Source: Gammaproteobacteria bacterium
Lineage (GTDB): Bacteria; Pseudomonadota; Gammaproteobacteria; Steroidobacterales; JABDKV01
Assembly: GCA_013003425.1 (NCBI GenBank)
Contig: JABDJB010000016.1
Span: 26,104-90,103, forward strand
Reading direction: 5' to 3'
Length of the DNA stretch: 64,000 nt
Every line of letters begins with the position of its first letter. Position 1 is the stretch's first letter. This document shows, in pieces, positions 45,534 to 54,566 of this stretch. The position numbers and the translations under genes are program-made. The notes under the pieces are model-generated. The model was not told where the DNA came from, did no database searches, and saw only the letters and a program-made list of their open reading frames with translations.

Positions 45534-46385
45534 TTGCATACTGTCGAGACGATAGCTGCATTGCGCGAACAGGTTCACGCCTGGCGCTGCCGCGGTTCCC
45601 GTATTGCATTTGTTGCCACTATGGGGAACCTGCATGCCGGCCATCTCAGCCTGGTGCGCACGGCTCGGCGCCTGGGTGATCGGGTTGTTGCCAGTATTTT
45701 CGTCAACCCTCTGCAGTTCGGACCTGATGAGGACTATGCCGCGTACCCGCGTACGCTGGAGGATGATCAGGCGGCACTATTATCCGTTGGCTGCGACCTG
45801 CTGTTCGCACCAACTGCCGATGAAATGTATCCGCACGGAGAATCATCAACACGCCTGACGGTCGGCGCGCTGGGCGATGTGCTCTGTGGCGCGCACCGGG
45901 CGGGGCATTTCGACGGCATGGCAACGGTGGTATTGAAGCTGCTCAATATCGTGCAACCGGATGTGGCTGTGTTTGGCCAGAAGGATTTCCAGCAGCTGGC
46001 AGTGATCAGGCGGTTTGTGCGAGACCTCGACCTGACCGTCGATATTGCCGATCAGCCGACGGTACGTGAGGACGATGGCCTGGCAATGAGTTCGCGTAAT
46101 CGCTACCTGGATGCTGAACAGCGCGAGGTCGCACCGCTGCTGTTCCGGGCAATTTCGTCGATAGCGAACGATATCGGCGACGGCCGGCGTGATTTCCGGC
46201 AAATGTGCCAGTCGGCAGCGACGCAGCTACGCGAGGCCGGTTTCAAGCCGGACTACATCGAGGTTCGGGATGCCGACGACCTGCGTGAGCCCAATGAGCA
46301 GACTCGCAGAGTCGTCGTGCTTGCGGCCGCGGTGCTTGGCGGCGCCCGGTTGATAGATAACGAGCAGGTGCAGTTGCCGGCCTAG
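45534..46385 (+). CDS. panC: pantoate--beta-alanine ligase
   Basis: FVATMGNLHAGHLSLV motif. TTG 45534, just after the panB stop, gives 283 aa. The track start at ATG 45474 would overlap panB by 56 nt. Confidence 0.9.
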   Translation: MHTVETIAALREQVHAWRCRGSRIAFVATMGNLHAGHLSLVRTARRLGDRVVASIFVNPLQFGPDEDYAAYPRTLEDDQAALLSVGCDLLFAPTADEMYPHGESSTRLTVGALGDVLCGAHRAGHFDGMATVVLKLLNIVQPDVAVFGQKDFQQLAVIRRFVRDLDLTVDIADQPTVREDDGLAMSSRNRYLDAEQREVAPLLFRAISSIANDIGDGRRDFRQMCQSAATQLREAGFKPDYIEVRDADDLREPNEQTRRVVVLAAAVLGGARLIDNEQVQLPA

Positions 46386-47368
46386 TGGGCGACGCAGTTG
46401 CGTCCGGCCAGCTTGGCACGATAAAGCGCCGTGTCGGCGTTGTTGATCAGTACTTCCAGAGTGTCTGACGGGGAGCGCTCGGCAACGCCGATTGATACGG
46501 TCACGCCGGCGCCATCCTCCGGACCGGTTCGTTCACCGGGGTTGCCGCCGATGGATGCGCGAACCCGTTCGGCTATTTCCAGCGCCTGGTTCAGATCGGT
46601 ATCCGGCAGCATTACGGCAAACTCGTCGCCACCGTAGCGCGCGATCATGTCGGTTGGCCGGAAATACTGGCGCAGCGCATCGGCGACTGTGCACAGCGCG
46701 TGATCACCGGCAATGTGACCGTGCAGGTCATTGAACGGTTTGAAGTAATCGACATCGAGCATTACCAGGCAAATGTCCTGGCCATCTATTTCGCAACGCT
46801 GCATCTTGCGGCGAAACATATCTTCCATCCAGTGACGATTGAACAATTCGGTCAGCGCGTCGGTCATTGCGTTGCGTTCGTACTGCCGCAGTACGCCTTC
46901 GCTGTCAGCAATCAGCTCATTGTCAGCGCGCAGGCGCTCCGACAGGATTGCCAGAAGGTTGCGGGCAAAAGCATGCGATGTATTGATCATTTCCCACACG
47001 GCAGCCTGGTCGAGTGCCAGCAGCTGGGTATCCTCGGCTGCCCGCACCCACGCGGAAGGTGGCTGATTGTCGATGATCGACATTTCGCCGGCGCAGGATC
47101 CGGCCTGCAGCGTGGTTAGCGGTGCCTCCTGTTCACTCACAAGGTGAACCGTCAGGCTGCCACTCAGGATTGCGTAGACACTGGTATTGGGTATGTCCGG
47201 TGCCAGGAGTAGTTCGCCAGCGCGCAGGCTGCGCTGTTCGCAATGCTCTAGATTTAGTTCGATTGATTCAGGGCTGACACCGCGCAGCAGGCGCAGCGCC
47301 GCAAAACGCGGGTCAGCGTAAAACGGTTGACGTATTCTCTGCGAGTCCGATGTTACGCCAGGTTTCAT
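46382..47368 (-). CDS. diguanylate cyclase with N-terminal cyclic-nucleotide-binding domain
   Basis: N-terminal cNMP-binding-like barrel (GELLLAPD...GSCAGEMSIID). The C-terminal GGDEF domain has RYGGDEFAV and an RPTD (RxxD) I-site 5 residues upstream. Confidence 0.88.
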   Translation of the reverse strand: MKPGVTSDSQRIRQPFYADPRFAALRLLRGVSPESIELNLEHCEQRSLRAGELLLAPDIPNTSVYAILSGSLTVHLVSEQEAPLTTLQAGSCAGEMSIIDNQPPSAWVRAAEDTQLLALDQAAVWEMINTSHAFARNLLAILSERLRADNELIADSEGVLRQYERNAMTDALTELFNRHWMEDMFRRKMQRCEIDGQDICLVMLDVDYFKPFNDLHGHIAGDHALCTVADALRQYFRPTDMIARYGGDEFAVMLPDTDLNQALEIAERVRASIGGNPGERTGPEDGAGVTVSIGVAERSPSDTLEVLINNADTALYRAKLAGRNCVAH

Positions 47369-48264
47369 TGTTCGCTCTCCAGCCGCTCGCGCATTTCATC
47401 AAATCGCGCGCGTTGCTCGCCTTCGACCTCCGGGTAGCTGAGATTCAGGCCCTCCAGCGTCGCCAGCAATATCCGCGCGACCTCCAGCCGCATGTAGTTC
47501 TTGTCGTCGGCCGGGATGGCATACCAGGGCGCCCACGGCCGTGCCGTGGCATTGATTGCGTCCTCGTATGCAGTCATGTAGTCGTACCAGTACTCACGTT
47601 CCTCGACGTCAGCCATCGAGAATTTCCAGTTCTTGTCCGGATCGTTGAGCCGGGCGAGAAATCGCCTTTTCTGTTCATCGCGCGACAGATTGAGCCAGAA
47701 CTTGATTATTGCCGTGCCGTTACGGGCCAGGTGCCGTTCATGCTGTTCGATAGACTTGTAACGGTCACGCCAAAGCCGGTTCAGTGGCGGCATGTTGGGT
47801 ATGCGCTGATATTTCAGGTACTCGGGGTGTACCCGCACCACCAGGACTTCTTCGTAGTGGCTGCGGTTGAATACCCCGATGCGCCCGCGCTCCGGCAGCC
47901 GTCGCGTGGTGCGCCACAGGAAGTCATGATCCAGTTCTTCAGCCGATGGCTGTTTGAACGAAAACACCTGGCAACCGGCAGGGTTTATTCCTGACATCAC
48001 GTGGCGAATGGTGCCGTCCTTACCGGCCGCATCCATCGCCTGAAAGACCAGTAACACGGCCCACTCGTTATGCGCATACAGCCGGCGCTGCTGGTCGCGC
48101 AGCTGACTGATCTGCAGGTCCAGCTCCTTGCGCGCCTGTTTCTTGTTCAGCAGCCAGTCAACCGGCGGCGTTGTGTGACTGTCAGCCACGCGAAAGCTGC
48201 CATCGAACGGCACCAGGTGAGGGCTGGGCGCAGCCACGAATTTCTTCAGCACTGATTTGGGCAT
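47365..48264 (-). CDS. ppk2: polyphosphate kinase 2 family protein
   Basis: 299 aa: FQAMDAAGKDGTIRHVMSGINPAGCQVFSFKQPSAEELDHDFLWR, a PPK2 Walker A-like and lid region. Confidence 0.9.
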   Translation of the reverse strand: MPKSVLKKFVAAPSPHLVPFDGSFRVADSHTTPPVDWLLNKKQARKELDLQISQLRDQQRRLYAHNEWAVLLVFQAMDAAGKDGTIRHVMSGINPAGCQVFSFKQPSAEELDHDFLWRTTRRLPERGRIGVFNRSHYEEVLVVRVHPEYLKYQRIPNMPPLNRLWRDRYKSIEQHERHLARNGTAIIKFWLNLSRDEQKRRFLARLNDPDKNWKFSMADVEEREYWYDYMTAYEDAINATARPWAPWYAIPADDKNYMRLEVARILLATLEGLNLSYPEVEGEQRARFDEMRERLESEQ

Positions 48265-48348
48265 ACAGGATCGGAATTATGGTTAAATTTGGCCCGTTTT
48301 GCCAAAGACCCAGTTCTCATTTCGGCCGGCCCGCCAGCCGCTGAATCG

Positions 48349-49410
48349 CTAAAAACCGTGGCGTTCCAGGGCCCAGGCCACATGCTCGCGCACCAGCTCT
48401 GACGGGTGCGACGCCCGGCCACGCAAAGCGGCCACGACAGTTTCGGTGCCTGGTGCATTGCCGAGCGCCACGGCGATATTTCGCAGCCAGCATTCGTGGC
48501 CGATTCGGCGGATCGGGCTGCCAGCGGTGCGGTCGAGAAATTCCTGCTCGGTCCAGCCAAACAGCTCGACCAGCCCGGCTGCATCGAGCCCGTGACGAGG
48601 CCGGAAGTCACCTTCGTCAGTCGGGCGGGCAAACTTGTTCCAGGGGCACACCAGCTGGCAGTCGTCACAACCAAAAACCCGGTTGCCGACCAGCGGTCGC
48701 AGGGCGACCGGGATGGGGCCACGCAATTCAATGGTGAGATAGGAGACGCAGCGGCGTGCATCCAGCCTGAATGGGGCAACGATGGCATCAGTCGGGCAGG
48801 CGTCGAGGCATGCGCGGCAGCTGCCGCAGTGTTCGGTTGCCGGGGAGTCCGGCGGTAGCGGCAGGTCGGTGAGTAACTCACCGAGGAAAAAGTACGAGCC
48901 GGCCTGGCTGTTGATCAGGTTGGTGTGTTTACCGATCCAGCCAAGCCCGGCATTGCGTGCCAGGGGCTTTTCCAGCACCGGGCCGCTGTCGACAAAAACG
49001 CGGTAGCCAAACTGGCCAACCTCTGCCGTAATCCTGTCGGCCAGTTGCTGCAACCTGCGGCGCATTACCTTGTGGTAATCGCGTCCGAGCGCATAGCGGG
49101 AGATATAGGCCAGCTGCGGGGTTTGCAGGACAGTGTCGGCATCCGCCGCGTCCTGCGGCCAGTAATCCATCCGCACGGAAATGATGCTCGCCGTGCCGGG
49201 CCTAAGCTCGGCGGGCCGTGAGCGCCGCGTGCCATGGCGCTGCATGTAATCCATCGTGCCGTGGTAGCCAAGCTGCAGCCAGTGCTGGAATGCTTTTTCA
49301 TCCGCTGCAAGATCAATCCCGGCAAATCCAGTCTGCTGAAATCCCAGCTCGGTTGCCCAGCGGCGAATGCTGTCGCCAAGGCTGGCAAAGTTGTCCACAT
49401 TTACGGGCAT
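48349..49410 (-). CDS. queG: epoxyqueuosine reductase
   Basis: Starts at ATG 49410 (MPVNVDNFASL). Contains CGSCRACLDACP and CDDCQLVCPWN ferredoxin motifs and a C-terminal HEAT-like tail. Confidence 0.92.
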   Translation of the reverse strand: MPVNVDNFASLGDSIRRWATELGFQQTGFAGIDLAADEKAFQHWLQLGYHGTMDYMQRHGTRRSRPAELRPGTASIISVRMDYWPQDAADADTVLQTPQLAYISRYALGRDYHKVMRRRLQQLADRITAEVGQFGYRVFVDSGPVLEKPLARNAGLGWIGKHTNLINSQAGSYFFLGELLTDLPLPPDSPATEHCGSCRACLDACPTDAIVAPFRLDARRCVSYLTIELRGPIPVALRPLVGNRVFGCDDCQLVCPWNKFARPTDEGDFRPRHGLDAAGLVELFGWTEQEFLDRTAGSPIRRIGHECWLRNIAVALGNAPGTETVVAALRGRASHPSELVREHVAWALERHGF

Positions 49411-49430
49411 CGAAATTCCAGTGGTCTGTC

Positions 49431-49436
49431 TATAAT
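49431..49436 (+). promoter_or_regulatory. candidate -10 element (TATAAT) for nnr
   Basis: A perfect TATAAT inside the 34-nt queG/nnr divergent spacer, 8 nt upstream of the nnr ATG. No convincing -35. Confidence 0.3.
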
Positions 49437-49444
49437 GGACGGTC

Positions 49445-50929
49445 ATGACCAATAAACTGCCTGTAAGAATATACCGCGCCGCCCAGGTGCGAGAGCTGGA
49501 TCGCCTCGCCATCGACGAACTGGGCATTCCCGGCTATACGCTAATGTACCGGGCGGGCGAAGCCGCGTTTCGTACGCTGCGCCGGCGCTGGCCGCGATCC
49601 CGGCAATTACTGGTGCTGTGCGGCGCGGGCAACAATGCCGGCGACGGTTATGTGCTCGCTCGCATCGCGCGGTCAAAGGGTATGCAGGTGACAGTCGCGG
49701 CACTGGTCGATCCGGAAAAACTCGTCGGCGATGCGCGCATTGCCTGGGAGACCTATCACGCCTCGGGCGGCACGGTAACGGACTGGGAGCCGGACATGCT
49801 CCTGCGCGCGGACGTTATTGTCGATGCGATCCTCGGAACCGGACTCGCGCGTCCACTGGAGGGCAAACCGCGCGAACTGGTCGAAGCCGTGAACGCGTCG
49901 CCGGTCGAGGTGCTTTCGCTGGATATTCCGACGGGGCTGCACGCCGATACCGGGCGTGTGATGGGGGCCGGCATTGTCGCTGACATGACGATCACCTTTG
50001 TCGGGCTCAAGCTGGGGCTCTACAGCGGCGATGCCATCAACCATGTTGGGAAAATCGTTTTCGATGGTCTCGGTATTCCCGCCAAGCTGACACAGCGTAT
50101 GCCCTGTGCCGGCCGCCGTATCGCCGAGTCTCATGTTATTGAGACGCTACCGCCGCGAGCGCGCACCGCACACAAGGGGCAACATGGTCATGTGCTGGTT
50201 GTTGCCGGCAATCGAGGTATGGGTGGGGCGGCCATTCTGGCGGCATCTGCAGCCTTGTATAGCGGCGCCGGACGCGTAACCGTGGCCACGCAGCCGGAGC
50301 ACGTCAGCGCGACCATATCGGCACAGCCCGAATTGATGTGTCGTGGAGTCAGCCAGGGTGCGGAGCTCGACCCGCTTCTGGATATGGCTGACGTCATTGC
50401 TGTCGGTCCCGGTCTCGGCCGCGACAACTGGTCGCAGGAAATGTTGGATGCTGTTCTTTCCAGTGATAAACCCAAGGTAGTCGATGCCGATGCGTTAAAT
50501 TTCCTGGCCGACCAGCCAGTGAAACGCGACGACTGGGTGCTGACGCCGCACCCGGGGGAAGCGGCACGCCTGCTGGGCACAACCACCAGCGAGATTCAAC
50601 ATGACCGGTTTGCGGCGGTGGCGCGCCTGCTGGAAAAATTTGGCGGCACCATCGTGCTGAAGGGGGCAGGCAGCCTGGTTGGGCATGTTGGCGAGGCGGC
50701 CTGGATTTGCGACCGCGGTAACCCGGGTATGGCCAGCCCCGGCATGGGTGATGTGCTTACCGGGATCATTGCCGCTGTAGCAGCCCAGTGTGGCGACCTG
50801 ACCGCGGCGGCACGCTGCGGTGTATTCATTCATGCCAGCGCCGGCGATGATGCGGCTCGTCGCGGCGAACGAGGCGTTGTAGCCGGCGACCTGTTCAAAC
50901 ACATTGCAGCCTGGATCAACCTCAGCTGA
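49445..50929 (+). CDS. nnr: bifunctional NAD(P)H-hydrate epimerase / ADP-dependent dehydratase
   Basis: 494 aa. N-terminal YjeF_N (LVLCGAGNNAGDGYV) and a C-terminal carbohydrate-kinase-like domain (HKGQHGHVLVVAG...GMGDVLTG). Confidence 0.92.
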   Translation: MTNKLPVRIYRAAQVRELDRLAIDELGIPGYTLMYRAGEAAFRTLRRRWPRSRQLLVLCGAGNNAGDGYVLARIARSKGMQVTVAALVDPEKLVGDARIAWETYHASGGTVTDWEPDMLLRADVIVDAILGTGLARPLEGKPRELVEAVNASPVEVLSLDIPTGLHADTGRVMGAGIVADMTITFVGLKLGLYSGDAINHVGKIVFDGLGIPAKLTQRMPCAGRRIAESHVIETLPPRARTAHKGQHGHVLVVAGNRGMGGAAILAASAALYSGAGRVTVATQPEHVSATISAQPELMCRGVSQGAELDPLLDMADVIAVGPGLGRDNWSQEMLDAVLSSDKPKVVDADALNFLADQPVKRDDWVLTPHPGEAARLLGTTTSEIQHDRFAAVARLLEKFGGTIVLKGAGSLVGHVGEAAWICDRGNPGMASPGMGDVLTGIIAAVAAQCGDLTAAARCGVFIHASAGDDAARRGERGVVAGDLFKHIAAWINLS

Positions 50930-51383
50930 CCGTCTGCTGCGTGATGCAGCAGAAACCGCCGCGGCCGGAGCGCAACTCGCCACGGCCGTAATGCCGCATC
51001 TTCCGAAAGAGCGTGCTTTCAGGATCTACCTTTCAGGCGATCTGGGCGCAGGCAAGACTACGATGGTGCGCGGTTTCCTGCGCGCACTGGGCGTCAGCGG
51101 GCATGTGCGCAGCCCGAGCTATACGCTGGTTGAAACCTATCAGACGGCTGCTGCGACTGCGGTCCACGCCGACCTGTACCGGATCGCTGCGGGCACCGCG
51201 GCGGAATCACTGGGGTTACGCGACTATGACGCGGGCGGCCATATCTGGCTGATCGAGTGGCCCGACCGCGGCGCCGGCCTGCCACCAGCCGACCTGCTGG
51301 TGACGCTCGCCCATCACGAAGCCGGCCGCAGCCTGGTCGTGACCGCCGCCACATCGCTGGGTGCTGAAATAGAAGCCCAGTGA
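50904..51383 (+). CDS. tsaE: tRNA t6A biosynthesis ATPase TsaE
   Basis: LSGDLGAGKTTMVRG P-loop and SPSYTLVETY. The start is uncertain: TTG 50904 overlaps nnr by 26 nt, and a later non-ATG start is possible. Confidence 0.85.
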   Translation: MQPGSTSADRLLRDAAETAAAGAQLATAVMPHLPKERAFRIYLSGDLGAGKTTMVRGFLRALGVSGHVRSPSYTLVETYQTAAATAVHADLYRIAAGTAAESLGLRDYDAGGHIWLIEWPDRGAGLPPADLLVTLAHHEAGRSLVVTAATSLGAEIEAQ

Positions 51384-51495
51384 ACATTCCGCCATATCTT
51401 CCTTATTTTTAATAAAAAAGCCTTGAAATCAGCCCGGGTGTGAGGCTAAATTCTCCAAGTAATTAGGTTAAATCACTCCCGTAAGTGCAGGAGAT

Positions 51496-52809
51496 ATGGT
51501 CGCTGGCGTTCGCTCACTGCTGATCTGCGCGGCACTGATGCCGCTGACTGCCTGGGCCGGTGTTTCGGTCAATGCCGTACGGCTGTGGGCGGGGCCCGAC
51601 AGCACCCGGGTGGTGATGGACCTGGACGCGCCGGCCGACCACCGCATTTTTCACCTGCGTGACCCGAGCAGAATAGTCGTCGACCTGACCCAGGCCCGGC
51701 TGGCGGCTTCCGCCATGCCCGACGGCGCTGGTGCCGTAACGCGGATTCGCAGCGGTAAACGCGACGGTGGTGATCTGCGTGTGGTGCTGGATCTGTCGGT
51801 CGACGCCATACAGCCGCGCAGCGTGATTCTTCCCCCCAACGATGTCTACGGTCACCGACTGGTGATCGACCTGTTCCCGCAGGGTAGTGAGGCTGCAAGA
51901 TCAGCGGCACCTGTAATTGCGCAGCAGAGACGCGAGGTCCTGGTGGCGATTGACCCGGGCCACGGCGGCGAAGATCCCGGCGCAATAGGACGACGCGGCA
52001 CACGCGAGAAGAGCGTCGTATTGCAAATCGCGCGTCGCCTGGCCGAGCAGATCAACGCGCAGCCGGGTATGCGCGCGATGCTCACTCGCAACGGCGACTA
52101 TTTTCTCACCCACCGCAATCGGTGGCAGAAGGCGCGCGACCAGCGTGCAGACTTTTTTGTATCGATACATGCCGACGCCTTCAAGGACAGGCGCGCGCAT
52201 GGTTCCTCGGTTTATGCATTATCCGAACGCGCCGCGACCGATGAGGCGGCACGCTGGCTGGCAGAGCGGGAAAACGCTGCCGACCTGATCGGTGGTGTAT
52301 CGCTCGATGACAAGGACGACCTGCTTGCATCGGTGTTGCTCGACCTGTCGCAGAATGCCGCGATCAGTTCCAGTTTAAATGCGGGCAGCTTTCTGCTCGA
52401 TGAACTGGGCGCGATAAATGACCTGCGACGAAAAGAAGTACAGCAGGCCAACTTCCTTGTGCTGAAGTCACCGGATATCCCTTCCTTGCTTGTTGAGACA
52501 GCCTTTATTTCCAATCCCGAGGAAGAGAAGCGGTTGCTAAACGCCGCTTACCAGGAAAAAATTGCTGCGGCAATCATGCGCGGCATCCGTGGTTACTTTG
52601 CGCGTAATGCGCCGCCGGGCACGCAGCTGGCGCAGGCGCGGGGTGCAGATGGCGATCTGGCCTACCGTCACGTGATTGGCAGTGGCGAAACGCTGTCGGA
52701 GATAGCGGCCCGCTATAAGGTAAAAATGCAGGAAATCCGCAGCGCCAACGATTTGCATGGTGACGTGATAAGAGTCGGCCAGGTGCTGGCCATCCCGCTG
52801 GCTCGCTGA
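51496..52809 (+). CDS. amiB: N-acetylmuramoyl-L-alanine amidase (AMIN, Amidase_3 and LysM domains)
   Basis: Signal peptide, AMIN region (VRLWAGPDSTRVVMDL), catalytic VAIDPGHGGEDPGA...SIHADA, and a C-terminal LysM (HVIGSGETLSEIAARY). Follows tsaE, as amiB does in E. coli. Confidence 0.9.
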   Translation: MVAGVRSLLICAALMPLTAWAGVSVNAVRLWAGPDSTRVVMDLDAPADHRIFHLRDPSRIVVDLTQARLAASAMPDGAGAVTRIRSGKRDGGDLRVVLDLSVDAIQPRSVILPPNDVYGHRLVIDLFPQGSEAARSAAPVIAQQRREVLVAIDPGHGGEDPGAIGRRGTREKSVVLQIARRLAEQINAQPGMRAMLTRNGDYFLTHRNRWQKARDQRADFFVSIHADAFKDRRAHGSSVYALSERAATDEAARWLAERENAADLIGGVSLDDKDDLLASVLLDLSQNAAISSSLNAGSFLLDELGAINDLRRKEVQQANFLVLKSPDIPSLLVETAFISNPEEEKRLLNAAYQEKIAAAIMRGIRGYFARNAPPGTQLAQARGADGDLAYRHVIGSGETLSEIAARYKVKMQEIRSANDLHGDVIRVGQVLAIPLAR

Positions 52810-52840
52810 ACTGCAAATCTGTGTCGGTTATTCTACCGGC

Positions 52841-54562
52841 ATGCCTATCCGTGAACTGCCGTTAAACCTCGTCAATCAGATTGCTGCAGGCGAAGTGGTC
52901 GAGCGGCCTGCTTCTGTGCTGAAGGAACTGCTGGAAAACAGCCTGGACGCGGGCGCGACACGAATAGCCGTTGAGATCGAGGCCGGCGGCTTGCGCCGTA
53001 TCACCGTTCGCGACGACGGTGCCGGGATTGCGCCGGACGAGCTGGTCCTGGCGCTGGCGCGTCATGCAACCAGCAAGATCACGACGCTTGATGACCTGGA
53101 TGCCGTTGCCAGCCTGGGTTTTCGCGGCGAGGCACTGCCATCGATGGCATCGGTGTCACGGCTGGAGCTGACTTCCCGCATGGCCGGTGAAGAATCCGCC
53201 TGGCGTGTTGTTGCCGACGGCGGCCGGCTCGGCGAGCCGGTCCCGATTGCCCATCCACACGGTACATCGGTGGAGGTGCGCGACCTGTTTCATAATGTGC
53301 CGGCGCGGCGAAAGTTCCTGCGTACCGAAAAGACCGAATTCGGTCATCTGGACCGGACCTTTCGCCGCCTTGCCCTGAGCCGGTTTGACGTGGATTTTTC
53401 GTTGCAACACAACCGTCGCGAGGCACAGCGCCTGCCGGCGGCCCCAACCCGTATGGAGCAGGAACGGCGGGTAGCAGCGGTCTGCGGCGACGCGTTCATT
53501 GCCAGCGCAATGCATATAGATCACGCCGCTGCGGGGCTGCGCCTGTGGGGATGGATTGCGGCGCCGACGTTTTCACGCAGCCAGTCGGATTTGCAGTATT
53601 TCTATCTCAACGGCCGCGCCTTGTCTGACAAGCTGGTGCGCCACGCCGTGCGTCACGCCTATCGCGATGTGCTGTTTCATGGCCGTCACCCGGCCTACCT
53701 GCTGTATCTCGAAATGGATCCGCAACAGGTGGATGTCAATGCCCATCCGGCCAAGCATGAAGTGCGCTTTCGTGATGGCCGCACGGTGCACGATTTTGTC
53801 AGTCGCACGGTTGAGCAGGCGCTGGCAACAACCCGACCGGCCGGGCAGGTAGCCGGCCCGGCACGAATAACCGGGACACAGCCGGTACAGCAGGGCTTGC
53901 CGGTGCGTGAACAGATAGAAAGCTACGCCCGGCTGCTTGAGAGCATCGAACCGGCGGAAAATTCTGACGAGCAGTCAGCGCTGCCGCTTGGCAGCGCGGT
54001 AGCGCAAATTCACGGTGTGTACATCCTGGCCCAGACGACGGACGGCCTGATCATTGTCGACATGCATGCGGCGCACGAACGGGTTGTCTACGAGCAACTG
54101 AAAAGCTCTGTCAGCGCCGGTTCGCTGGCAGCACAGCCTCTGCTCGTCCCGATCACCATCAACGTCGCCGAGTCCGAGGCGGAGCTGGCCGCGGCAAATG
54201 CGGAGCTGTTTGCAGAACTGGGTATGGACGTCTCGCGTAGCGGGCCGGTTTCAATCGGTGTGCATGCTGTGCCGGCAATGCTCGTGAACAGCGATATCGA
54301 ACAACTCGTGCGTGACACGCTGGCCGACATTGCCGCGCATGGCCGATCAGCGCGACTTGCGCAGCATCGCGATCACCTGCTGGCGACGATGGCCTGTCAC
54401 GGTTCAATGCGCGCCAATCGCCAGATGACACTTCCGGAAATGAACGCGTTGCTGCGCCAGATGGAGCAAACCCCGCGTGCTGACCAGTGTAATCACGGGC
54501 GTCCAACCTGGACCCGCCTGAGCATGGCTGAGCTCGACCGTCTGTTTCTGCGCGGGCAGTAA
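52841..54562 (+). CDS. mutL: DNA mismatch repair protein MutL
   Basis: MPIRELPLNLVNQIAAGEVVERPASVLKELLENSLDAG GHKL ATPase N-terminus. The C-terminal dimerisation domain ends CNHGRPT. Confidence 0.95.
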   Translation: MPIRELPLNLVNQIAAGEVVERPASVLKELLENSLDAGATRIAVEIEAGGLRRITVRDDGAGIAPDELVLALARHATSKITTLDDLDAVASLGFRGEALPSMASVSRLELTSRMAGEESAWRVVADGGRLGEPVPIAHPHGTSVEVRDLFHNVPARRKFLRTEKTEFGHLDRTFRRLALSRFDVDFSLQHNRREAQRLPAAPTRMEQERRVAAVCGDAFIASAMHIDHAAAGLRLWGWIAAPTFSRSQSDLQYFYLNGRALSDKLVRHAVRHAYRDVLFHGRHPAYLLYLEMDPQQVDVNAHPAKHEVRFRDGRTVHDFVSRTVEQALATTRPAGQVAGPARITGTQPVQQGLPVREQIESYARLLESIEPAENSDEQSALPLGSAVAQIHGVYILAQTTDGLIIVDMHAAHERVVYEQLKSSVSAGSLAAQPLLVPITINVAESEAELAAANAELFAELGMDVSRSGPVSIGVHAVPAMLVNSDIEQLVRDTLADIAAHGRSARLAQHRDHLLATMACHGSMRANRQMTLPEMNALLRQMEQTPRADQCNHGRPTWTRLSMAELDRLFLRGQ

Positions 54563-54566
54563 CGAC

